A stretch of 47,394 bases of DNA from positions 1 through 47,394 of the forward strand of contig JAZNQG010000200.1 of assembly GCA_045590035.1 (NCBI GenBank), written 5' to 3'. The position numbers were made by a program, and so were the translations under genes. The notes under the pieces were generated by a model. It had not been told where the DNA came from and did not search any database. It saw only the letters and a program-made list of their open reading frames with translations. Source of the stretch: Clostridia bacterium (GTDB lineage Bacteria > Bacillota > Clostridia > UBA1381). This document shows positions 1-8,237 of the stretch, piece after piece. Each line of letters starts with the position of its first letter. The first letter of the stretch is position 1.

Positions 1-71
1 TTTGTTAAAATCATATCGCTTAAAACGATAGCGTTTTCGCCAGGTTTTACCTTTTCTAAAAATAATTTCAT
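1..71 (-). CDS. 5' end of an unidentified CDS that runs off the window
   Basis: ATG at 71-69 follows a GGGGGA ribosome-binding site, 19 nt after the gatC stop. Translation is MKLFLEKVKPGENAIVLSDMILT, too short to identify. Confidence 0.35.
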   Translation of the reverse strand, partial: MKLFLEKVKPGENAIVLSDMILT

Positions 72-90
72 ATCAAATATCCCCCTTTCA

Positions 91-375
91 TCAATCTACC
101 GTACGGGGTACCTGCCAGTAGCCGTCAGTCGCTTCGGGTGCGGCTTTCTGGAGTTCATCTCTTGTAAAGAGCTTGATTTCCTTGTCTTCTCTTAAAACGT
201 TGTATAATGGTATTACATGTACCATTCTTTCAACATTTTCTGTGTCCTTTGTATTAAGGATTTCCAAGTCCTTTTCGGCTTTTTTAAAAAAGTCCAAAAG
301 GCAGGCTTCTTCCTTTTCAGTCAATTTTAACTGATTTAATTTCTGGAGTCTTGACAGAGTTTTAATATCCATCAT
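91..375 (-). CDS. gatC: Asp/Glu-tRNA(Asn/Gln) amidotransferase subunit C
   Basis: The ORF-track protein has the typical GatC size and C-terminal pattern (HVIPLYNVLREDK...PEATDGYWQVP). The start among the three N-terminal Met codons (384/375/372) is uncertain. Confidence 0.85.
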   Translation of the reverse strand: MMDIKTLSRLQKLNQLKLTEKEEACLLDFFKKAEKDLEILNTKDTENVERMVHVIPLYNVLREDKEIKLFTRDELQKAAPEATDGYWQVPRTVD

Positions 376-395
376 AAATCCCATCGCCTTTCTTT

Positions 396-2126
396 TTAGT
401 CTCTGATTTTAATATTTGCTTCCTTTAATTGAAGCTCGCTTACTTCACCCGGAGCGCCCATCATAAGGTCCTGAGCATTTCCGTTTAATGGGAATGCGAT
501 AACATCTCTTATGGTGTCTTCTTCGGCGATAAGCATTACCATTCTGTCAACACCAGGCGCCATACCTGCATGGGGCGGAGCACCGAATGAGAATGCTGTA
601 TAGAGTGCACCGAACTTTTCCTTTAGAACATCTTCGCCGTAGCCTGCAATCTCGAATGCCTTTCTCATGATGTGCGGATTGTGGTTTCTTACAGCACCTG
701 ATGAAAGCTCAACACCGTTACATACGATATCATACTGATAAGCAAAAATCTCTAAAGGATCCTTTGTGTTAAGAGCCTCTAAACCGCCCTGAGGCATTGA
801 GAACGGGTTATGTGTAAAGTCGATTTTACCTGTTTCCTGATTTAATTCATACATCGGGAAATCAACGATAAAGCAGAACTCAAATTTATCCTTGTTAATA
901 ATATCAAGTGTTTCACCAAGCCATGTTCTGATTTCGCCTGCTTCTCTGTCAACCTGTGTTAAAGCATCACAGATAAAGAATACAGTTTCGCCTTCCTTAA
1001 TGCCGACTAAGTTAGTTAATTCTTCTCTTTTTTCTTCTGTTAAGAATTTTGCGATAGGTCCTTTATATTCGCCGTCCGATAATGTAAGGTATCCAAGACC
1101 TTTCATGCCGATACTTGTAGCAAATTTTAATGAATCTTCAAAGAATTTCTTTGATTTTTCCGAACAGTCAGCTACGATACCACGAACAGGTTTTCCTTTG
1201 AAGATGGGGAAATCAACAGTACTAAAGAAGTCTGTTAAGTCTTCTATAATGAGCGGGTTACGAAGGTCGGGCTTATCTGTTCCGTATTTTGTCATAGCGT
1301 CTTTAAAGGTAATTCTCTTAAACGGCGGTTTTGAAACTTCCTTAGTGGAGAACTCTTTAAATGTATTATAAACCACTTCTTCTGCAACGGCGAATACATC
1401 TTCCTGAGTTGCAAAAGACATCTCAAAGTCAAGCTGATAGAATTCACCGGGTGAGCGGTCCTGTCTTGCATCTTCGTCTCTGAAGCACGGTGCAATCTGG
1501 AAATACTTATCAAATCCCGATGTCATCAAAAGCTGTTTAAACTGCTGCGGAGCCTGGGGAAGTGCATAGAACTTGCCCTTGTGCTTTCTTGACGGAACTA
1601 AATAGTCTCTCGCACCTTCGGGGGAAGATGCTGTAAGAATCGGTGTCTGGATTTCCATAAAGCCGAGATTTTCCATCTGGCGTCTTAAATAGCTTATAAT
1701 CTTTGAACGAAGAACAATATTATTGTGAATCTTCGGGTTTCTTAAGTCTAAGTAACGGTACTTTAGTCTTACATCTTCTCTTGTGTTTGTAGACTGAGAA
1801 ATTTCAAACGGTAAATTGCTCTCACATGGACCTAAAACTTCTACCTTGTCGCACTTTACTTCTATTGTGCCCGTTTCCAACTTTTTATTTACAGTTTCTT
1901 CGTCTCTTTTTGTAACAACGCCTTCAACCTTGATGACCGTTTCCTTGCCGATACCAGAAAGTAAAGAGTCGTCAGACAAAACTATCTGTGTAACTCCGAA
2001 ATGGTCTCGAAGATCAACGAAAAGTACGCCGCCGTGGTCTCTTATTGTGTCAACCCAACCTGACAAAGTTACTCTTTCTCCGATATTGCTTTCACGAAGC
2101 TCGTTTAAATTGTGTGTTCTAAGCAT
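396..2126 (-). CDS. aspS: aspartate--tRNA ligase (bacterial type)
   Basis: The 576 aa protein has class IIb motifs (FYALPQAPQQFKQLLM, FRDED, GGLEALN...GVDR). It sits behind a T-box leader. Confidence 0.97.
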   Translation of the reverse strand: MLRTHNLNELRESNIGERVTLSGWVDTIRDHGGVLFVDLRDHFGVTQIVLSDDSLLSGIGKETVIKVEGVVTKRDEETVNKKLETGTIEVKCDKVEVLGPCESNLPFEISQSTNTREDVRLKYRYLDLRNPKIHNNIVLRSKIISYLRRQMENLGFMEIQTPILTASSPEGARDYLVPSRKHKGKFYALPQAPQQFKQLLMTSGFDKYFQIAPCFRDEDARQDRSPGEFYQLDFEMSFATQEDVFAVAEEVVYNTFKEFSTKEVSKPPFKRITFKDAMTKYGTDKPDLRNPLIIEDLTDFFSTVDFPIFKGKPVRGIVADCSEKSKKFFEDSLKFATSIGMKGLGYLTLSDGEYKGPIAKFLTEEKREELTNLVGIKEGETVFFICDALTQVDREAGEIRTWLGETLDIINKDKFEFCFIVDFPMYELNQETGKIDFTHNPFSMPQGGLEALNTKDPLEIFAYQYDIVCNGVELSSGAVRNHNPHIMRKAFEIAGYGEDVLKEKFGALYTAFSFGAPPHAGMAPGVDRMVMLIAEEDTIRDVIAFPLNGNAQDLMMGAPGEVSELQLKEANIKIRD

Positions 2127-2164
2127 AATTTAATACTCCTTCCAAAATTCCTTTTTTAAAATTT

Positions 2165-2423
2165 AAAAAAGCTATCATTTGTCCCCTGATTGGGACGAAA
2201 GATAGCTTCCGTGGTACCACCCAAATTGGCTTAAAAATTTTTAAGCCCACTCTTTTTATCGACTTAACGCGTCTTATTACGTGCGGTTCTAATAACACCT
2301 TTATATGTGCGTTCTTCCGCAAGCTCCGGAGTGTTCTTCATTAGAAATCCGTTTACCGCCTTTTCAGCTGCCGGCAGCTCTCTTATAAAACAGAATTTTC
2401 CAACTACTCTCTCCATCATAGCC
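2165..2423 (-). promoter_or_regulatory. T-box leader (tRNA-sensing riboswitch) with intrinsic terminator
   Basis: The minus-strand sequence AATTTGGGTGGTACCACGG (2210-2227) matches the conserved T-box. AGAGAGTA and AGAGAG stem-I motifs are present. The terminator hairpin GATAGCTTTCGTC...GACAAATGATAGC is followed by a T run (2165-2210). Confidence 0.9.
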
Positions 2424-2443
2424 TTTTTATATTTAACACACTT

Positions 2444-2471
2444 ATTATATCACTATTTTTTGATATGTCAA
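2444..2471 (-). promoter_or_regulatory. sigma-A-type promoter for the T-box/aspS operon
   Basis: Minus strand reads TTGACA (2471-2466), a 16 nt spacer, then TATAAT (2449-2444). Confidence 0.7.
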
Positions 2472-2495
2472 GAGTTTTTATGACAAGAAAATAAT

Positions 2496-2652
2496 GTAAA
2501 AGGCTAATGCTTTTTGCGCACATCGCCTAAAGGCTACAAGCGAAACGAACCGCTCGGAGTACTATATGTACGCCGTCGGGCAAGGTAAAATGTAGCACAG
2601 CCACATTTTACTTCGTTTCGCTTGTTCTGCATCAAAAATCATTAAGCCTTAC
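2496..2652. other. rod-like structured intergenic element (closing helix, asymmetric loop, 13-bp helix, apical three-way junction)
   Basis: 2496-2516 pairs with 2633-2652. The 13-mer CAAGCGAAACGAA (2537-2549) pairs perfectly with 2612-2624. Internal hairpins lie at 2555-2575 and 2585-2611. Confidence 0.5.
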
Positions 2653-2681
2653 GATGTATTTAATTATACTGAAAATCAAAC

Positions 2682-2713
2682 AAAAAAAGAGATTGCTTTT
2701 TAGCAATCTCTTT
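2682..2713 (-). terminator. rho-independent terminator after ftsZ
   Basis: Hairpin AGAGATTGC/GCAATCTCT is followed by a T run on the minus strand (A run 2682-2688 on plus). Confidence 0.85.
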
Positions 2714-2721
2714 AAAATTTC

Positions 2722-3867
2722 TTATCTGTCCTTTAAAAAGCTCGGAACATTGATGTTGTCAATGTCATTTCCACGGCTTCTTGAGAAGATTGAAGGCTCG
2801 CTTGATGAAGGTGCCTGGAAAACAGGACCGCGAGATTCTGAATCAGAAGATGAAACTGAGAAAGGTGTTGCGGGCTTAGGACCACGTTTAACTGTTGTGT
2901 TAAGACCTGTAGCAACGATTGTAACCTTGATTTCATCTTTAAGATTTTCATCTGTTGCAGTACCGATGATAATCTGTGCATCATCTGAAACCATTTCGCT
3001 GACAATTGCAGAAGCTTCACTCATTTCAACCAATGACATTTCAGTTCCGCCAGTTACGTTAAGGAGAATGCCCTTAGCACCTGCGATGCTTGTTTCAAGA
3101 ATCGGAGATTCAATTGCCTGTCTTACAGCATCAGCGGCAGCATTTTCGCCCTTGCCGAAACCGATACCCATATGTGCTACACCTGAGTCACGCATTACTG
3201 CACATACATCGGCAAAGTCACAGTTAATGATACCGTCCTGAGCGATAATGTCGATAATGCCTTCTACACCCTGACGAAGAACTTCGTTTGCAAGCTTAAA
3301 TGACTCTGCAATGCTTGTTCTCGGGTCAGCGATTTTAAGTACTAAGTCGTTGGGGATAGTTACGATAGAGTCAACATTTGCGGCCAACTCCTCGATACCT
3401 GCAACTGCGTGCTGCATTCTTGACTTTCCTTCATAGAAGAAAGGCTTAGTTACAACAGCGATTGTAAGGATACCCATTTCTTTTGCAATTCTTGCGATGA
3501 TGGGAGCAGCCCCGGTACCTGTACCGCCGCCCATACCTGCGGTTATAAATACCATTTCGGTATTTTCGAGCATCTTTCTTATCTGCTCTTCGCTTTCTTC
3601 TGCAGCTTTTTTACCGATTTCAGGCTTTGCACCTGCGCCTAAACCGTTTGTGAGTTTAACACCGATCTGCAATGCAGTCGGAGACTTAACATGCTTAAGC
3701 TGCTGTGAGTCTGTATTTACTGAGATGAATTCAGCATTCTTAACGCCTGCCTCAATCATTCTGTCAACAGCATTGTTTCCGCCGCCGCCTACACCGATAA
3801 CCTTAATTCTTGCGCCGTCAATAGGTGCAGACTGAGTCTGATCGAGTGCGAATTCTATGTTAGCCAT
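2722..3867 (-). CDS. ftsZ: cell division GTPase FtsZ
   Basis: [10 protein letters not shown] and [10 protein letters not shown] tubulin signature. I prefer the ATG at 3867 (AAGGAGG 10 nt upstream) over the TTG at 3873. Confidence 0.98.
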   Translation of the reverse strand: MANIEFALDQTQSAPIDGARIKVIGVGGGGNNAVDRMIEAGVKNAEFISVNTDSQQLKHVKSPTALQIGVKLTNGLGAGAKPEIGKKAAEESEEQIRKMLENTEMVFITAGMGGGTGTGAAPIIARIAKEMGILTIAVVTKPFFYEGKSRMQHAVAGIEELAANVDSIVTIPNDLVLKIADPRTSIAESFKLANEVLRQGVEGIIDIIAQDGIINCDFADVCAVMRDSGVAHMGIGFGKGENAAADAVRQAIESPILETSIAGAKGILLNVTGGTEMSLVEMSEASAIVSEMVSDDAQIIIGTATDENLKDEIKVTIVATGLNTTVKRGPKPATPFSVSSSDSESRGPVFQAPSSSEPSIFSRSRGNDIDNINVPSFLKDR

Positions 3868-3987
3868 AATCAAAAATCCTCCTTAGCATACTATACATAA
3901 TATCATTTTACTACGAATTTTTAATTTATTCAATAGTTTTTGTAATTTATTTGCAAAAAAATTTTTATTTTTTGTGTTTTCGGCATT

Positions 3988-4767
3988 TTACGGTGTATAA
4001 ACCGCCTTTCCTGTTTTTGTAAGGTCGATTGTACCGCGGGAATTTTCGGTAAGCTTGTTGGAAGTAATAGCTTCCCTGAATAAACTTAATTTTCTTCCGA
4101 AATCCACATAAGGCCCGCAGATGCCATCAATTCTGTTTTCGTAGTTAAAGGTTATGTTATCAATGTCATCAAAGCTGATTTTGGTAATGCCCGATAAAAG
4201 TCCTGATTTCTTAAAGTCGGATAAAATGTCTAAAACTGTCTCTCTTTTTGCATTATCATCTAAAGAAATTATCTCACCGGGATTTGCAGATGTAAGCTTA
4301 AGTCCTGAAATTTCCGCCACTTCGGGTTTATCGGCTCCTGTTTCAAGAATCTTTCCCGATGCATCTATTATAACAATGGACGAATTGTGAACCAGAACAC
4401 CTGACGGGATACATTCGGTGATTTCTACCGTAACCGACGGCGGAAAGAGCTTTTTGTCAACCGAAATACTGTCAATATAAGCAAAACCTGACAATTCCTT
4501 TTTTACATCCTTTTTGCCTGTTAGAAGCAGGTTTCTGCCTTTTAAGGACTCTACTATCGGCTCTAAGCTACTTGTTTCAATTTTATTATTTCCTGTAATC
4601 TCGACACCTCTTACATCAAGCAACGGTGTCAGGAAGACTATAATACAAATAACAATTAAAGAAAGGGTAGTTAAAGTGATTGTACGGCGTATAAGCTGTT
4701 GCCGTCTTCTTTTTAACTGCCTTTTTGAATGACGCTTTTTGATGTCATTTGTCTTTGTATTTTGCAT
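3988..4767 (-). CDS. ftsQ: cell division protein FtsQ/DivIB-like (basic N-terminus, one TM, POTRA-like region)
   Basis: It sits between murA and ftsZ. It has a single TM followed by the VRGVEITGN POTRA-type start. I prefer the ATG at 4767 (AAAGGAG RBS) over the upstream start that overlaps murA. Confidence 0.75.
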   Translation of the reverse strand: MQNTKTNDIKKRHSKRQLKRRRQQLIRRTITLTTLSLIVICIIVFLTPLLDVRGVEITGNNKIETSSLEPIVESLKGRNLLLTGKKDVKKELSGFAYIDSISVDKKLFPPSVTVEITECIPSGVLVHNSSIVIIDASGKILETGADKPEVAEISGLKLTSANPGEIISLDDNAKRETVLDILSDFKKSGLLSGITKISFDDIDNITFNYENRIDGICGPYVDFGRKLSLFREAITSNKLTENSRGTIDLTKTGKAVYTP

Positions 4768-4772
4768 TATAA

Positions 4773-6026
4773 TCACTCCTTTCTTCTGATATCCGCTCCA
4801 CACATGGAAAGATATTTTTCTATATTTTCATATCCTCTGTCGATATATTTTATATTCTCAATCTCTGTTTTTCCTACTGCAGAAAGTGCCGCAATAATGA
4901 GTGCCGCACCGCCTCGTAATTCCTTTGCAACCACCTTTGCACCTGTAAGATGGGGAGTGCCTACCACTACTGCACATCTTCCGTCAATCCTTATGTCTGC
5001 GCCCATTCTTTTAAGCTCATCGACGTGTTGGAAACGGTTTTCAAATATATTTTCCACAAAAACCGTTGTTCCGTCTGCCACAGATGAAAGCGCCATAAAC
5101 GGCGACTGGATGTCGGTCGGAAACCCGGGATAGGGCATTGTCTTTATTGACGGAATGGAAAGCGGCCTTTTATTCATCTTTATTCCGATTTTGTTTTTCT
5201 CTGAGTAAATTTTAGCACCCATATCAGAAAGCGAATTTAAAATCGCACCCATATGAGTAGAATCTGCGTTTGTTAAAAGCATCTCGCCTTTTGTTATTGC
5301 CGCACTCAAAAGATATGTTCCTGCTGCAATTCTGTCAGGCATAATTGTATGCTCAGCACCAAAAAGTTCTTTTACTCCGTCAATCCTTATCGTGCTTCCG
5401 CCCGCACCTTGAATTTTTGCGCCCATTCGGTTTAGGAAATTCTGTAAATCCAGTATCTCGGGTTCTCTTGCAGCATTTTCAATTATTGTCGTGCCTTCTG
5501 CCATAGCTCCGGCAAGCATAATATTTTCGGTTGCGCCGACAGACGGGAAATCAAGATGTATTTTTGCGCCTTTTATTTTGTCAGCTGTGCAGTTTATGTA
5601 CCCGTGTTCTTCAGAAATTTTAATTCCGAGACTTTTAAGTGCCTTAAGATGTAAATCGATAGGACGAAGCCCTATTTCACATCCGCCCGGCATGCTTACC
5701 GATGCTTTTTTGTGCCGTGCTACAATCGCACCTAAAAATATGATGGAAGACCGCATCTTCCGCATAAGATGCTCAGGTATAGTGTAGCTTTCCACATCGG
5801 ATGGGTCAATTTCAATTCTGTCGTGATTTCGTTTGACCCTGCATCCTAAATTCTCTAAAACTTCTATGGTATTTTTGACATCAGAAAGGTCGGGACAGTT
5901 GGAAATTATACTTTTCCCACTTGTTAAAACAGTTGCGGCAAGCACAGGCAAAACTGCGTTTTTTGCGCCCTGAATCGGAAATTCGCCCGAAAGTTTTCTC
6001 CCGCCTTCTATAATAAAGCTGCTCAA
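4773..6026 (-). CDS. murA: UDP-N-acetylglucosamine 1-carboxyvinyltransferase
   Basis: The 417 aa protein shows typical MurA sequence (GAKNAVLP, PGGCEIGLRPIDLH, RIAAGTY, DRGYE). Confidence 0.97.
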   Translation of the reverse strand: MSSFIIEGGRKLSGEFPIQGAKNAVLPVLAATVLTSGKSIISNCPDLSDVKNTIEVLENLGCRVKRNHDRIEIDPSDVESYTIPEHLMRKMRSSIIFLGAIVARHKKASVSMPGGCEIGLRPIDLHLKALKSLGIKISEEHGYINCTADKIKGAKIHLDFPSVGATENIMLAGAMAEGTTIIENAAREPEILDLQNFLNRMGAKIQGAGGSTIRIDGVKELFGAEHTIMPDRIAAGTYLLSAAITKGEMLLTNADSTHMGAILNSLSDMGAKIYSEKNKIGIKMNKRPLSIPSIKTMPYPGFPTDIQSPFMALSSVADGTTVFVENIFENRFQHVDELKRMGADIRIDGRCAVVVGTPHLTGAKVVAKELRGGAALIIAALSAVGKTEIENIKYIDRGYENIEKYLSMCGADIRRKE

Positions 6027-6271
6027 AACTACTTAACACCTCCCGGGATTTTTTTAAAGAAAATCCCTTATATAATAACCACAAACGTGTTTATTACATA
6101 ATATGAAGTGGGGTGTAAAGTGTTACTTTGCCAAAAACAAGACAAAAATTACACATCTTATTATAAGAGTATATTTTATTATAACAGATAATAAATCCAA
6201 AATCAACATATTTTATAAGTAAAAAATAAAAAATATATTGGAATATGTGGAATTTTAAGGTGAAAAAAGTA

Positions 6272-6301
6272 TTGACATATAGGGAAATAGTGTGTTATAA
6301 T
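6272..6301 (+). promoter_or_regulatory. promoter for tRNA-Leu
   Basis: TTGACA (6272-6277), an 18 nt spacer, then TATAAT (6296-6301). Confidence 0.7.
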
Positions 6302-6326
6302 GTATCTCGTGCTAAAGATTAAATAT

Positions 6327-6415
6327 GCTCGAGTGGCGGAATAGGCAGACGCCCGGGACTTAAAATCCCGTGGGTAGCGATACCCGTGCCGGTTCGACCC
6401 CGGCCTCGAGCACCA
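6327..6415 (+). tRNA. tRNA-Leu (anticodon TAA), class II, CCA encoded
   Basis: Hand-folded cloverleaf: acceptor GCTCGAG/CTCGAGC, anticodon loop CTTAAAA, long variable arm, T loop TTCGACC. Confidence 0.93.
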
Positions 6416-6416
6416 G

Positions 6417-6449
6417 AAAAACAACACTCATATAGAGTGTTGTTTTTTT
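6417..6449 (+). terminator. rho-independent terminator after tRNA-Leu
   Basis: Hairpin AACAACACTC-atatag-AGTGTTGTT is followed by T7. Confidence 0.85.
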
Positions 6450-6453
6450 GTGT

Positions 6454-6630
6454 TTGTGTCCGTAATGGACACAACATCATTACGAGTGTAGCGAGTACAT
6501 CATTTGACCACTTGTGGTCAACATCATTCTTATTTTACGGACACAAAATGATGTTATCCCAGATAAATGATGTGACACTTCGTATCAATGATGTTACACC
6601 TTCAGTGTAAACGATGTTGCACTTCGTACA
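6454..6630. repeat. hairpin/8-mer array A (word ACATCATT x3, then its reverse complement AATGATGT x3 plus one 1-mismatch copy)
   Basis: Exact 8-mers start at 6474, 6497 and 6521. Reverse complements start at 6547, 6566 and 6587, with AACGATGT at 6610. Perfect mini-hairpins lie at 6456-6472, 6505-6520, 6555-6565 and 6595-6609. Confidence 0.8.
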
Positions 6631-6645
6631 AATGCGTGATATACT
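6617..6645 (+). promoter_or_regulatory. promoter for the four-helix-bundle/hydrolase genes
   Basis: TTGCAC (6617-6622), a 17 nt spacer, then TGa-TATACT (6640-6645) as an extended -10. It overlaps the last unit of array A. Confidence 0.6.
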
Positions 6646-6664
6646 AAGTCTAGAGGTGAACTTT

Positions 6665-7021
6665 ATGCAAGAAGATAAACTTGGTACACTTTCGATGGAA
6701 TTATCTGTTGAAGTTTTAAATTTAGTCAAAGATTTGCGTAATAAAAAAGAAACTATCATATCCAACCAAATAGGAAGAAGCGCAACAAGTATTTGTGCAA
6801 ATATTGCAGAAAGCAAATATGGTCATAGCAGAGCGGACTTTATTGCAAAACTGGAATTCGCCTTAAAGGAAGCCAGCGAAACTGGAAAATGGCTTGAAAT
6901 GTTATATAAATCAAATTATATTGACGAAACAAAATATAAAAGCATTGATAAAATCTGCTCGACAATTCGTATTTTGTTGATTGCGTCAATAAAAACGGCA
7001 AAGAAAAATGCAAATAAGTAA
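6665..7021 (+). CDS. four-helix-bundle protein (23S rRNA intervening-sequence protein / Avd-like family)
   Basis: The protein is about 118 aa. The motifs NQIGRSATSICANIAE and ...LKEASETGKWLEML are typical of this family as I recall it. The ATG at 6665 follows a GAGGTG RBS. Confidence 0.75.
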   Translation: MQEDKLGTLSMELSVEVLNLVKDLRNKKETIISNQIGRSATSICANIAESKYGHSRADFIAKLEFALKEASETGKWLEMLYKSNYIDETKYKSIDKICSTIRILLIASIKTAKKNANK

Positions 7022-7069
7022 TTCATTATGAATTTATCTTTTATAAGAAAAGCAATTAGGAGACAAAAT

Positions 7070-8167
7070 ATGAGATTACTTAATAAGGAAAAATTAAAAG
7101 ACAATATTGAAAAGATAGCAAGATACGATTTAGATAATAATAATCTGTTTGGCTCAGCATATTATGTATGGCAAAACGGAGATGTTGTATATAAAAATAA
7201 TTTCGGGGATGCCAAGATTGATACAATCTACAGACTGGCATCAATGACAAAGCCTGTAACAGCGATTGCGATTTTAATTTTGGTTGAGAGAAATCTTGTT
7301 TCACTGAATGACCCTGTAAGTAAGTTTTTGCCCCGGTTTCGCAATATACATATTGTGACTTTGGAGGGAGTTGACTTAGGGAAAACCGAAACAGAAGTAA
7401 CAATTCTTCATTGTCTTACACATACATCGGGTTTTGGCTCTGAAAGACAGATAAATCTTTCGGATAATGAAAGAGCAACAAAAGAAAACACTTTAAAAAG
7501 ATATATTGATGAAGGGCTTGAATTTGAACCTTTTACAAAGCAGGCTTACAGCGGATGCGCTGCATTTGATGTTCTTGCGGCAATTGTGGAAAAGGTAACG
7601 GGTATGAGTTATGATGAATTTCTTAAAAAAGAAATCTTTGAGCCCTGCGGAATGAAAGATACAACTTTTTCGCCGAGCGAAGAACAGTGGGAAAGATTTA
7701 TTACTCTCCATGATAAAAAGGACGGCAGAAGTATCGTTGGAGAATCGACAGAGGGATGCGTTTTTATAAATTTTCCGTGCGGACACAAACCGGCAGGTGC
7801 AGGACTTGCGTCGACACTTGATGATTATGCCAAATTTTCAAAAATGCTTTTAAATAAAGGGAAGACACCAAACGGAAGAATTTTATCGGAAGACATGTTT
7901 AACAAAATTTCTGTTCCGTATGTACCTGAAAGTATAATGCCGGGAAATGAAAGCTGGGGGTTGGGTGTTCGTGTTATAAGGGATGAATCTTATAAAGTAC
8001 TTCCTGAAGGTGCTTTTGGCTGGAGCGGTTATTACGGCTCACACTTCTGGATTGACCCTGAAAACAAAATATGCGCAGTGTTTATGAAAAACTCTTTAGT
8101 TGATGGCGGTGCAGAAAATAATTCGGCAGTAAGATTTGAAAATGCGGTGTTTGAGGCACTGGAGTAA
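7070..8167 (+). CDS. serine hydrolase, beta-lactamase/family-VIII esterase-like
   Basis: S-x-x-K motif (ASMTKPV), YSG motif and the C-terminal FGWSGYYGSHFWIDP pattern. The ATG at 7070 follows an AGGAGA RBS. Confidence 0.85.
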   Translation: MRLLNKEKLKDNIEKIARYDLDNNNLFGSAYYVWQNGDVVYKNNFGDAKIDTIYRLASMTKPVTAIAILILVERNLVSLNDPVSKFLPRFRNIHIVTLEGVDLGKTETEVTILHCLTHTSGFGSERQINLSDNERATKENTLKRYIDEGLEFEPFTKQAYSGCAAFDVLAAIVEKVTGMSYDEFLKKEIFEPCGMKDTTFSPSEEQWERFITLHDKKDGRSIVGESTEGCVFINFPCGHKPAGAGLASTLDDYAKFSKMLLNKGKTPNGRILSEDMFNKISVPYVPESIMPGNESWGLGVRVIRDESYKVLPEGAFGWSGYYGSHFWIDPENKICAVFMKNSLVDGGAENNSAVRFENAVFEALE

Positions 8168-8237
8168 ATAAAGAAAGTCTATTGAGACAGTCTCTTTTTC
8201 TTGGAAAGCAGAACCATAAAGAGATTTTTATTTTTTT

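Noticed and set aside
1-71. Calling the leftmost partial CDS gatA because it follows gatC.
   Set aside because: Only 23 residues are visible (MKLFLEKVKPGENAIVLSDMILT), and they do not resemble the GatA N-termini I know. I left it unassigned.
892-2133. Plus-strand ORFs 892-1371 and 1816-2133 and minus-strand ORF 1292-1513 within aspS.
   Set aside because: They are shadow ORFs inside a confidently identified aspS CDS.
2496-2652. Whether this element is a 6S RNA (B. subtilis 6S-1 lies next to aspS).
   Set aside because: The rod-like shape is reminiscent of 6S RNA. However, the element is short (about 157 nt), its internal loop is strongly one-sided rather than a two-sided central bubble, and the apical part is a three-way junction. 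I cannot support the call without a covariance-model search.
2654-3835. ORFs 2654-3241(+), 2733-3020(-) and 3497-3835(+) within the ftsZ region.
   Set aside because: They are antisense or out of frame relative to the unmistakable ftsZ CDS. Their composition (Pro/Ala/Ser-rich) is typical of shadow ORFs.
6203-6816. ORFs 6203-6427(-), 6386-6610(+) and 6535-6816(-).
   Set aside because: They overlap tRNA-Leu, its terminator and array A. The peptide repeat INDVT simply mirrors the 19-21 bp DNA period. No RBS is present.
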